Shown: positions 9,678 through 18,439 of the stretch, piece by piece
Layout: each line of letters begins with the position of its first letter
Position numbering within the stretch: position 1 is the stretch's first letter
Assembly: GCA_965217775.1 (NCBI GenBank)
Contig: CBDCJH010000002.1
Span: 256,001-320,000, forward strand
Length of the DNA: 64,000 bases
Origin: Acidobacteriota bacterium
GTDB lineage: Bacteria; Acidobacteriota; UBA6911; RPQK01; JAJDTT01
Reading direction: 5' to 3'
Program-made: the position numbers and the translations under genes
The notes under the pieces: model-generated
The model's database searches: none
Seen by the model: the letters and a program-made list of their open reading frames with translations, nothing else
What the model was told of the DNA's origin: nothing

Positions 9678-10658
9678 TCACGGAGATCGGCGAGGCCGGC
9701 CGATCAGAAGACCCGGAAACCTCGATCGGGCACGATCTTCCCCGGAAATTCCGTAAAAGACTCCGCGCGAATAGAGGAATTTGGTGTCACACAGTCCCAA
9801 TGGGAGGTTCGAGATCAAGACGTAGGTATCGTTGCGAGGATCGTAACGGTACACGTGATCCAGGAAGCGGTCGCTGTAGCCTCCGAACAGGTAGAGGAAA
9901 TTGCCGGCGGGCTCGGCCCACCAGGCACGGGCGGCCACGGGAGTCGAGCCTAGCCGTTCCCATTGCTCCGTAGCCGTGCGCAGCCGGTAGGCGTCGTCCA
10001 AGTTGGTGAGGGGATCCCCACGCTTCTTTTTCAAGGACCCACCGAAGAGATAGATGTCGCCATCGAACGAGGCGGCCGTATGGATGACCCGGGGGGACCC
10101 GGGTATCGGCGGCAGCCGGCGCCAGCGTAGGTCACGTAGATTCAGAACCCACGCCTCATTGGTCGCCCGATCCAGATCCGTGATGCTGGGTCCTCCCCCG
10201 AGCAGATAGATTCGCTCCCCGACGGCCGCTGCCGCCGTGTAGTAGAGGGAGGACGGAGTCTCTCCGATCCGAACCCATTTCGCGCCACTGAGGCGGTAGA
10301 TGTCCCGATGGGAGGATGTTTTTCCCACGCCGCCCAGCAGATAGAGAGAGTCCCGCACGGCCACCATGGCGCCGTAGGCCAGCGGGCGGGGCAGGGAAGG
10401 CCATTGCCGCCACTCGTTTCGCTCGGGATCGTAGTAGTCGACGCGATCCACCCAGAGCTTCTCCCCCGCTTTCCAATAGGTCCCTCCCGCCAGCACCAGA
10501 CCATCGCCGTGGCGGGCCGCGTAGTAGCCGCCCCGCGGCAAGGGGGGATCGGTTCCCCTGGACCAGGATATCCGGTTGGCGGTGGGAGCCAGCAGAGCAC
10601 CGCCCGTCGCCAGAAGTATCCCGGCCAACGCTAACTTCTGTCCAATTTCCATTGACAT
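9678..10658 (-). CDS. Secreted Kelch-repeat beta-propeller protein
   Basis: Repeated LYLLGG / IYLFGG ... YDP ... W Kelch units and a hydrophobic N-terminus. Confidence 0.82.
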   Translation of the reverse strand: MSMEIGQKLALAGILLATGGALLAPTANRISWSRGTDPPLPRGGYYAARHGDGLVLAGGTYWKAGEKLWVDRVDYYDPERNEWRQWPSLPRPLAYGAMVAVRDSLYLLGGVGKTSSHRDIYRLSGAKWVRIGETPSSLYYTAAAAVGERIYLLGGGPSITDLDRATNEAWVLNLRDLRWRRLPPIPGSPRVIHTAASFDGDIYLFGGSLKKKRGDPLTNLDDAYRLRTATEQWERLGSTPVAARAWWAEPAGNFLYLFGGYSDRFLDHVYRYDPRNDTYVLISNLPLGLCDTKFLYSRGVFYGISGEDRARSRFPGLLIGRPRRSP

Positions 10659-10767
10659 GAACGTCCGTCCAGCAACCGCGGCGAGTCGGTACAATCGGTG
10701 AAATCGTTGAGCTATAGTGGTTTCTAACACGACTCCACGACCCCGGACCAGCACAATCCAGGAGAGG

Positions 10768-11880
10768 ATGAAATCAATGAAACCCACCCGATGCTCCCTT
10801 GTCTGTCTCATTCTTCTTGCGGCGTATCCGTTCGGTCCAGCGGACACCACTTTGCAGGCAGAAAACTTCGAGGTCATGGTCGCGCCTCTGGTTCCCCACA
10901 AGCGCTACGGAGCCCCCGCGTTGGTGGAGCTGAAGGACGGCCGAATCCTCCTGGCGTACGATGAGTGGACCATCCTGGGTGAGACCAATGATTTCTCCGA
11001 CACCCTGGTGAAGGCCCGCTACTCGGAGGATGGTGGACGCACCTGGGGGCGTCCTTTCGTCCTGCAGGAGAACTTTTCGCGAATGGGCCGGATCGGAAAC
11101 CCGAACCTGTTCCGACTTCAAAGCGGCGGCATCGGGTTCGTCTACAGCGAGCTCAACTCACATACCGACAAAGTCTACTTCTTCAAGACCTCAACGGACG
11201 AAGCCGAAACCTGGTCCTCCCCGGTCCGGGTGACCGGCGAGCCCGCTTACTACGTCATGAACAACCATCGAGTCATCCAGCACAGCTCCGGACGACTCCT
11301 GGCCCCTTTCTGCTTCGTACCCGACATATCCAAGCGGCAAGACTATTCCTTTATCGGTTTCTGCTACTACTCGGATGATGACGGAGCTACGTGGCATCGG
11401 GGCAAGAAGGTGGAGCTGCCTCGGTATCCGGTGGGGATTCAGGAACCTGGTCTGGTGGAACTCAAGGACGGGTCGGTCCTGATGATCATCCGCAACGCCC
11501 ACGAGCGGGTCTACAGATCCGTCTCCCGAGATCGCGGGGAGAGCTGGTCCGACCCGAAACCCATGGAGCAGCTGGTGGCCCCCGTCGCTCCGGCGACCAT
11601 CATGCGGGTCCCTCGCACCGGAGATCTGGCAATTGTCTGGAATTACTCGCCCAAGGTCAGAACACCCTTGGCCATCGCCGTTTCCAAGGACGAGGGTGGA
11701 ACCTGGGAGAACATCAAGTACCTGGAGTCGGGATACTTTTCGTATGCCTACTGCGCCTTCCTCTTCCCGGCGAATTCCGACCGGCTGCTCCTCTGCTATT
11801 GGGTCAGGAACAGCCACCTGCAAGGGACCATCGGATTAAAGGTGAGGGGGATCGATGTGGAGTGGTTGTACGAGGAATGA
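10768..11880 (+). CDS. BNR/Asp-box sialidase-family protein (paralog group B)
   Basis: Asp boxes SEDGGRTW, STDEAETW, SDDDGATW, SRDRGESW, SKDEGGTW; QEPGLVELKDG; signal peptide. Confidence 0.85.
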   Translation: MKSMKPTRCSLVCLILLAAYPFGPADTTLQAENFEVMVAPLVPHKRYGAPALVELKDGRILLAYDEWTILGETNDFSDTLVKARYSEDGGRTWGRPFVLQENFSRMGRIGNPNLFRLQSGGIGFVYSELNSHTDKVYFFKTSTDEAETWSSPVRVTGEPAYYVMNNHRVIQHSSGRLLAPFCFVPDISKRQDYSFIGFCYYSDDDGATWHRGKKVELPRYPVGIQEPGLVELKDGSVLMIIRNAHERVYRSVSRDRGESWSDPKPMEQLVAPVAPATIMRVPRTGDLAIVWNYSPKVRTPLAIAVSKDEGGTWENIKYLESGYFSYAYCAFLFPANSDRLLLCYWVRNSHLQGTIGLKVRGIDVEWLYEE

Positions 11881-11939
11881 GGAGGAAAATTCCAAACAGG
11901 CTATCGATCAGTGCTTTAGAAATGGGAGATTCTTGGAAA

Positions 11940-13586
11940 TTAATTCCCCAATATGACCGGCACAGACTGTTCCCTCGCTCGTCCTGAGACGTCGTCTTTG
12001 ATGTTCACGCGAAGGATGTATCGACTGCGAGGCAGGCGGCTGAGATCGAGTTCCGAAAGGAAGGCGATGTGGCTCTGGGTCAGTTCGGTGCCCGAAACGA
12101 GGCGCAGGCCTCGAACCATCTCACCATTCGGGCTGTAGATCCCTCCGGTGACGGTGACGTCAGGCCCTTGGGCCGCCTGGTCCACTTCCAGTTCCGAGAC
12201 CTCGAAGTAAACGGCGATTCTCCCCCGATTGACGATGGTCGATCCGATGGTCGGGAAGAACTTGTAGCCTCCCCAGATGACGAAGGGGTCGGTGATCTGG
12301 CGGTCTTGCTCTGGGGGAAGCACCTGCTCCGCCAACAGTATGGAACTCAAGAGCAACGCCTGCGGCTGGGACGGCGGGATCACGAATCCCTGTGCCAGGG
12401 TTCCCATCTCGCTGGAGGTGACGTCCTTGACCGCCGCTGTGAGCTTGTAGCGTCCCGGCTGGAGACGGGTTTTCTTCTGAAACAGGATGCGTTCTTTCTT
12501 GAGCGGACCCTCTCTCACTTCCCGGTAGAGTTCCTCTTCGAATTCGTAGACGACCCTCCGATTGAGGTCTTCAATCACGCCGTAGACGTGGGCCTCGGTC
12601 CGCAACAAGCCTTGGTCAAGCCGCCGGTAAGTCAGGTGATGGTTCGGGATCTCCAGCGTCAGGAAGACCAACCTCTGCCTTTCGGTCATGGGAAACCAGT
12701 CGGCCCTCGCTCGGACCGGAAGGTTGCCGTAGGTGACTCTGGTCCCGACGATGGCCTTCAGGTCGGCGAACTCGATCCGGGGCGGCCTCATAATGTCAAA
12801 GTGGTTGACGAGCCGGTCGAAGGGATTGTCCGAGGAGATGAAAGCGGACTCGCCCGGCAGCCCGGAAGGGCGCATCAGCAGACCGGAGCGGACCCGGCCC
12901 GCCCGATCGGTCAGTCCCATCTCCTCGCCCAGGGTGAGTCCAGCCAGACCCACCTGAAAGAAGGCGTCCTTTTCTGAATCCCGGAGTGCCAGCCGATATT
13001 CGCCACTTACGGTGGGGTCCACGAATTCCAACTCGATTCCGTCACCGACGCCATCGATGTGGCGGTAGAACCACCGCTCGAAGGGGTGGGTGGTGGTGCT
13101 TCCGCCTCCCTCCGACAGTCTGCGGTCGTACTTTCCGCCGGTCGGGTTTCGCTCTACACTGTCGGGAGGTCCCAAGGTGATGTAGATGCGGCCCCGGTCG
13201 GTGGCCCAACCGGGAAGTCCCGACCGAAAGTTCTCGTTGGAATAGGCGATTCGCCGGTAGTGCTCGGTCTGGAATTCATTGACGCCGTCACGCGGCGTGG
13301 GATCGCGTCTCTTCCAGAACTGCTCGATGAAACGGTCCCGCTCAGCGTCGGTGGTCAATCCTTCAAAGACCGACTTCTCTTCTGGAGTGATGATATAGAC
13401 CACGTCCTGCTCGACCCATTTCTTGTAGACGTCATGAAGCTCTTCGTTCCGCGACGGCTGGGCTGTGGCAAACCCCGGCAATACGGAGAAAAGGACTCCC
13501 CAGAGGACCGGCAGGAGGAGAAAATTTCGTATTGTTTGGAGGCCGCAAACAAGACAGGCGAGCAGGCTGGCGGCATCAGCACGCAT
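11940..13586 (-). CDS. GWxTD domain protein
   Basis: KKWVEQDVVYIIT, FIEQFWKRRDPTP, EHYRRIAYSN, GWATDRGRIYITLGPP. Start uncertain. Confidence 0.9.
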   Translation of the reverse strand: MRADAASLLACLVCGLQTIRNFLLLPVLWGVLFSVLPGFATAQPSRNEELHDVYKKWVEQDVVYIITPEEKSVFEGLTTDAERDRFIEQFWKRRDPTPRDGVNEFQTEHYRRIAYSNENFRSGLPGWATDRGRIYITLGPPDSVERNPTGGKYDRRLSEGGGSTTTHPFERWFYRHIDGVGDGIELEFVDPTVSGEYRLALRDSEKDAFFQVGLAGLTLGEEMGLTDRAGRVRSGLLMRPSGLPGESAFISSDNPFDRLVNHFDIMRPPRIEFADLKAIVGTRVTYGNLPVRARADWFPMTERQRLVFLTLEIPNHHLTYRRLDQGLLRTEAHVYGVIEDLNRRVVYEFEEELYREVREGPLKKERILFQKKTRLQPGRYKLTAAVKDVTSSEMGTLAQGFVIPPSQPQALLLSSILLAEQVLPPEQDRQITDPFVIWGGYKFFPTIGSTIVNRGRIAVYFEVSELEVDQAAQGPDVTVTGGIYSPNGEMVRGLRLVSGTELTQSHIAFLSELDLSRLPRSRYILRVNIKDDVSGRAREQSVPVILGN

Positions 13587-13708
13587 GGGATCAATGAATG
13601 CGTCTATTCGACCGGATTGTTGCAGAGCTTCCCGTAGGGTTCAAGCTGGAGTTTCCCACCGTCCAGGGACCAGACTGGACCCGGCGCTCGCGACCAATTT
13701 CAACGGGC

Positions 13709-15367
13709 ATGATGCGTTCGGTCTGGATCCTGGGACTGCTCCTGTCCACGCCCTGGGCGGCACCGATTCCAGGCAGCCGGAGTCGGGATAAACAGGTCGA
13801 GTTCGTCGACGTAACAGCTCGGTCCGGAATCTCTTTCCGGCATTTCAACGCGGCCACCGGCAGAAAGTACCTGGTCGAGACCATGGGGCCGGGGTGTGCC
13901 TTCATCGACTACGATCGCGACGGAGACCTGGACATCTACTTCGTCAACGGACAGGCCCTTCCCGGATTCCGGCCATCGGACCTCCTGACCAACCAGCTCT
14001 TTCGCAACAACGGCAATGGGACCTTCACCGACGTGACCGAAGCCGCCGGTGTCGAGGGGCCCGGCTACGGCATGGGTGTCGCCGTGGGGGACTATGACAA
14101 CGACGGTTTCCCCGACCTCTACGTCACCAACTATGGACCGAACCTGCTGTACCGCAACAACGGGAACGGGACCTTCACCGACGTCAGCCGGCGAGCCGGA
14201 GTGGGCCACGATTCGTGGGGTGCCAGCGCCGCCTTTTTCGACTATGACCGGGACGGAGATCTGGACCTCTACGTCACGAACTACGTCGCTTTCGACCTCC
14301 GAAACAATCCCTTCTGCGGCATTGGGTCCCACTCCCGTTCGTACTGCCACCCCGATCACTTCAATGGCGTTTCGGACGTCCTTTACCGTAACGACGGTGA
14401 CGGCAGCTTCAGCGACGTGACCCGGGAGGCCGGCGTATTCAATCGGGAAGGAAAGGGTCTCGGCTTGGTGGCGGCGGACTTCAATCGCGACGGCTATCAG
14501 GATCTGTACGTGGCCAACGATTCGGTGGCGAATTTTCTGTACCTGAACCAGCAGGGACGGAGGTTTTCCGAGGTCGGCTTCTTCTCGGGATCCGCCTACA
14601 GCGGCTATGGGGAACCCCAGGCGGGAATGGGCGTGGCCGTCGGCGACTACGATGGCGACGGTTGGGCCGACCTTCTGGTGACCAACCTCTCTCTCGAAGG
14701 TTACGTCCTCTACCGGAACGAAGCGGGTGACCGGTTCGCGGATGTCACCTTTCCGGCCGGGATCGGGGCTCCCAGCCTCCTCCTCACCGGCTGGGGTACG
14801 GGGTTTTTCGACTACGACAACGACGGGGACCAGGATCTGATCGTGACCAACGGCCACGTGATCGACAATATCGAGGTGAGCCAGGATACTCTGACCTACC
14901 TGCAGCCGAAACGCTTGTTCGAGAACCATTCGGGAAAATTCACCGAAGTCACCGGATTGTTGGGGAACGACCTGGTCAAGCCGGCCGCGGGGAGGGGTCT
15001 CGCCTTAGGGGACTACGACAACGACGGGGACGTCGACGTGCTGGTGACCAACTGCAACCAGCCGCCGAATCTGCTGCGCAACGATGGGGGCAACGACAGG
15101 AACTGGCTCCAGATCCGCCCCCGTGGGCGTCGCAGCAACCGCGACGGCGTGGGAGTGGTCATTCGGGTCACGGCCGGGGATAGAACTCAGGTCGGGGAGG
15201 CCGTTGGCGGAAGCAGTTACCTCTCCACCCATGATCGGCTGCTGCATTTCGGCTTGGGCCGAAATCACACCGTCGACCGAATCGAGATCCAGTGGCCCTC
15301 GGGAGCACGAGAGGTCCTGACCGAAACCGAAGCGAATCAGCTGTTGACGATGGAGGAACCGGAGTGA
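13709..15367 (+). CDS. CRTAC1-family protein (FG-GAP repeats + ASPIC/UnbV domain)
   Basis: Multiple DYDxDGxxDL repeats; C-terminal GSSYLS..D..LHFGLG and IQWPSG. Confidence 0.9.
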   Translation: MMRSVWILGLLLSTPWAAPIPGSRSRDKQVEFVDVTARSGISFRHFNAATGRKYLVETMGPGCAFIDYDRDGDLDIYFVNGQALPGFRPSDLLTNQLFRNNGNGTFTDVTEAAGVEGPGYGMGVAVGDYDNDGFPDLYVTNYGPNLLYRNNGNGTFTDVSRRAGVGHDSWGASAAFFDYDRDGDLDLYVTNYVAFDLRNNPFCGIGSHSRSYCHPDHFNGVSDVLYRNDGDGSFSDVTREAGVFNREGKGLGLVAADFNRDGYQDLYVANDSVANFLYLNQQGRRFSEVGFFSGSAYSGYGEPQAGMGVAVGDYDGDGWADLLVTNLSLEGYVLYRNEAGDRFADVTFPAGIGAPSLLLTGWGTGFFDYDNDGDQDLIVTNGHVIDNIEVSQDTLTYLQPKRLFENHSGKFTEVTGLLGNDLVKPAAGRGLALGDYDNDGDVDVLVTNCNQPPNLLRNDGGNDRNWLQIRPRGRRSNRDGVGVVIRVTAGDRTQVGEAVGGSSYLSTHDRLLHFGLGRNHTVDRIEIQWPSGAREVLTETEANQLLTMEEPE

Positions 15368-16506
15368 TGGCGTCGCCGGACCGAGCTGGCTGGTTCCGGC
15401 TGTTTCTCTCCCTGGCCCTACTGGGGAGTCCCTTTGCGTATGGCGATTTCTTGAAAGCTTGGTCCCAGGATCGCCAGGCGCTGCTGCGGGAGGGCATCCA
15501 AGCCCTGCGTCGGGACGACCTTGCTGCTGCCGTAAGGGTCCTGGACAAACTTGTCAGACAGCGACCTCATTTTGCGGACGGGCACTACTGGTTAGGCTTG
15601 GCTCACCTGGAACAGAATCAGACGGCCCGGGCGGAGGAGGCTTTGAGCCGGGCAGTCGAACTCCAGCCGCGTTACCCGGAAGCCTACAATGCCCTGGGAG
15701 TTCTCTACGATCGCCAGGGACAGTTCCAAAAATCCGAAACCGCCTTCCGGCAGGCGATCGTCCTGAACCCGGAGCATGCCGGGGCCCATTACAATCAGGC
15801 TCTCAGCTACGCAACGCAGGGAAGATTGCAAGATTCGCTTGAAGCTCTCGAGCGAGTTCTGGATTTGGACTCGTCTCACGCACAGGCTCATTTTCAGCTG
15901 GCTCTGGTCCACTTCAGACAGCACCGATTCAGCGTGGCTGCGGCCTGGTTCGAGAAGTACCTGAAACTGAGACCCGGGGATCCGGAGGGTCATCTCAAAC
16001 TGGGCGACGTCCAATACAACCGGAAGAATTTTCGGGCCGCGATCCAATCCTTCGAGCAAGCCACCCGACTGGATCCCAACTCGGCCCAGACTCACGCTCA
16101 CCTGGGCTATGCCTACCGCACCGTCGGCTTCTACCGGAAGGCGTTCGAATCCTTGCGCCGAGCGGTGACAATCGATCCGGAGAATGTCGAAGGTTGCTTC
16201 AACCTCTCAGTGCTTCTCTTTGAAGAGGGCGATGTGAAGCAGGCCGAAGCGTACTTGGCGAAGGCTCTTCGCCGGGATCCGAGGCATTTGCCCTCCCTCT
16301 TCCATCGAGGGAGGATCCACCTGAGTCAGAACCGGCTTCAGGAGGCGGCCGCCGATTTTGAGCAAGTTTTGGCTGAAGACCCCGACCGGACTCAGGCCTA
16401 CTATCAACTGGCCCAGACCTACCAGCGCCTGGGCCGACACGGGGCCGCAGGGGAAGCGCTGAGGAGGCTACGTCGGTTCGAGAAGGAACTCCGGCGGAAC
16501 TACTGA
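15367..16506 (+). CDS. Tetratricopeptide repeat protein
   Basis: Tandem 34-aa TPR units. ATG overlaps the upstream TGA (TGATG). Confidence 0.88.
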   Translation: MASPDRAGWFRLFLSLALLGSPFAYGDFLKAWSQDRQALLREGIQALRRDDLAAAVRVLDKLVRQRPHFADGHYWLGLAHLEQNQTARAEEALSRAVELQPRYPEAYNALGVLYDRQGQFQKSETAFRQAIVLNPEHAGAHYNQALSYATQGRLQDSLEALERVLDLDSSHAQAHFQLALVHFRQHRFSVAAAWFEKYLKLRPGDPEGHLKLGDVQYNRKNFRAAIQSFEQATRLDPNSAQTHAHLGYAYRTVGFYRKAFESLRRAVTIDPENVEGCFNLSVLLFEEGDVKQAEAYLAKALRRDPRHLPSLFHRGRIHLSQNRLQEAAADFEQVLAEDPDRTQAYYQLAQTYQRLGRHGAAGEALRRLRRFEKELRRNY

Positions 16507-16509
16507 AAG

Positions 16510-16600
16510 AAAGCACCATATCCCAAGCACCAAATTGGGAATGACCCGGTTTCCGTAGCGGGTTCGAGATTTGATCTTGGTTTGGAATTTGGCGCTTGCC
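16510..16600. repeat. Second copy of the degenerate heptamer repeat
   Basis: AAGCACC ATATCCC AAGCACC AAATT followed by inverted GATTTG..TTGGAATTTGGCGCTT, between convergent genes. Confidence 0.55.
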
Positions 16601-16603
16601 TCA

Positions 16604-17845
16604 TCAGGGGCCAAGCGCCTCAGAGTAGATCCAATCGATGTCCAGTCCTCTGATCTTCAGTCCCTCGGAAGTGGGATTACGCTGGCCGACCTTGTAGCTC
16701 AGGAGCATTTGGTCGGTCCCTTTGGGAAAGATGAACGCGGGATAGTGGGACGCCAGATATTCCGTCTCCAGGTATTTGACATTTTCCCAGGTCTGCCCTT
16801 CGTCTTTCGAAAGAGCGAGCGCCAACGGCGTCCGCGCCTTCTTGGGTGAGTAGTTCCAGACGATCACCAGGTCTCCGGTGCTCGGAATTCGCATGATGGC
16901 GGCGGGAGAACGAGGTGCGACCAATTGCTCGATAGGCTCCGGATCGCTCCAGGTGAGACCTTCATCCCGGGAGTAGGACTTGTACACTCGCTCGTGAACA
17001 TTGCGGATGACCATCATGATTGAGCCGTCCTTGAGCTCCACTACACCCGGTTCCTGAACCCCAGTCGGATACTTTGGGAGCCGGACCGTGGATTGGCTGC
17101 GATGCCAAGTCCGACCGTCGTCGTCGGAGTAGAGGCAGAATCCCTCCCACGAATACCCACCTCGTCTGGAACCACGGGAATCGAGAGGAGATCCGTAGTA
17201 CTTTCGGGCGTCAGGGATAAAAGAGAAAGGGGCCAGGAGACGCCCTGATTCAAGCTGGATCACCCGGTGGTTGATCAGAATGTAGTAGGCGGGGATTCCC
17301 GTCATTCTCACCGGTTCGGACCAAGTCTCGCCTTCATCGCCGGATCTCCTGATGTAATAGGGGAAATTCCGGTAGGAGTTCATTTCTCCGTAGAAGAAGG
17401 CGATTCCTCCGCTCCGGAGCCGGAGCAGACTGGGCGGTCCCGAGCGGCCGAAACTGTCCTTGGAGGTGATCTCATGCAGGATGAAGGGCCGTCCCCAGGT
17501 CCGCCCGCCGTCCCCCGAGATCCTGCCGGTGACGTTGGCCGGCGAGCGGTCAATGGTCTCCCCCAGAATGGTCCAATTGTTGTATGCCAGCAGGATCCTT
17601 CCGTCCTTGAGCTGGACCATGGTCCCGTTGCCGTAGCGTTTGTACGGAACCATGGGCGCCACCATCACCTCGAAGTTCTCCGCCGGCAGAAGAATGGACG
17701 TGGCCCACCAGATCAGCGCCGTCCTGCAGCACAGTTGCCACGATCGGTAGAGTCTCCTCCGATTCTCGCCACCGCATCTCAATCCGCAGCGCCTTCGATC
17801 CTCAGCATATGGCACGGTCTGTTCCCCCTTCTGTCTCGGTTCCAA
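16604..17845 (-). CDS. BNR/Asp-box sialidase-family protein (close paralog of 10768-11880)
   Basis: AENFEVMVAPMVPYKRYG...WTILGET nearly matches the paralog; five Asp boxes. True start probably downstream of the called one. Confidence 0.83.
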   Translation of the reverse strand: MEPRQKGEQTVPYAEDRRRCGLRCGGENRRRLYRSWQLCCRTALIWWATSILLPAENFEVMVAPMVPYKRYGNGTMVQLKDGRILLAYNNWTILGETIDRSPANVTGRISGDGGRTWGRPFILHEITSKDSFGRSGPPSLLRLRSGGIAFFYGEMNSYRNFPYYIRRSGDEGETWSEPVRMTGIPAYYILINHRVIQLESGRLLAPFSFIPDARKYYGSPLDSRGSRRGGYSWEGFCLYSDDDGRTWHRSQSTVRLPKYPTGVQEPGVVELKDGSIMMVIRNVHERVYKSYSRDEGLTWSDPEPIEQLVAPRSPAAIMRIPSTGDLVIVWNYSPKKARTPLALALSKDEGQTWENVKYLETEYLASHYPAFIFPKGTDQMLLSYKVGQRNPTSEGLKIRGLDIDWIYSEALGP

Positions 17846-17859
17846 TCAGGTGACTGATC

Positions 17860-18305
17860 CTCGACCCAGTCGGGATCGATGCGGAGCAGATCACGCCGGC
17901 TCATCCCGATGGTTCGCTCGATGCAATGGTAGCGGAGCAGAACGAACCCGTCGCTGGTCTGGCACAGGAAGGGGTATCGCATCTGGGCGTTTCCGGGATC
18001 AGGCGTTGAGGGTCCGGCGATCAGTCTGGATGGACTCCAGGTCTTTCCGTATGATCCGACTTCTCTTTCGACCAACTGCGTCCCTGGTCATTGGAGTAGC
18101 GAACGTAAGCCGGCTGTTCGGGCCCGTTGAGGGAACCGTCCTCGCCTGCCCGTCCCAGCGTGTAGAGGGTCAGCAGGCGTCCGTCCTGGAGTTGGACGAT
18201 TTGACCGATCTTGCCGGTGTAACGGATGCGCTCGGGTGCAACTTCCGCCGCAGCATTGCCCCAAACGGCTGTCACAGTCAGGAACAGCAGGATTGCTCTT
18301 GGCAG
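17860..18305 (-). pseudogene. Internally deleted, frameshifted copy of sialidase-family gene 8426-9586
   Basis: N-terminal ~83 aa (PERIRYTGKIGQIVQLQDGRLL...SNDQGRSWSKE) is joined near 18055 to the C-terminal ~60 aa (GKTWSPSRLIAGPSTPDPGNAQMRYPFLCQ...RIDPDW) in another frame. The start codon reads CTG where the paralog has ATG. Confidence 0.88.
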
Positions 18306-18439
18306 GGTCCGGTTCGAATTGTAGTTTGGGGCTTGTTCCAGGGACAACCCCCGCCTGGAATGAAGCTGGCTCCAAGGCTTCGGTGGCGACGGCGGACGAG
18401 GGGATTCGGGAAACTGGCATTGAAAATCGGGATTTGAAA

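Noticed and set aside
13709-15367. Internal DNA repeats (GACTACGACAACGACGG-like) in CRTAC1 genes as a diversity-generating or repeat system
   Set aside because: Explained by FG-GAP DxDxDG protein repeats. No reverse transcriptase or template/variable repeat pair was seen.
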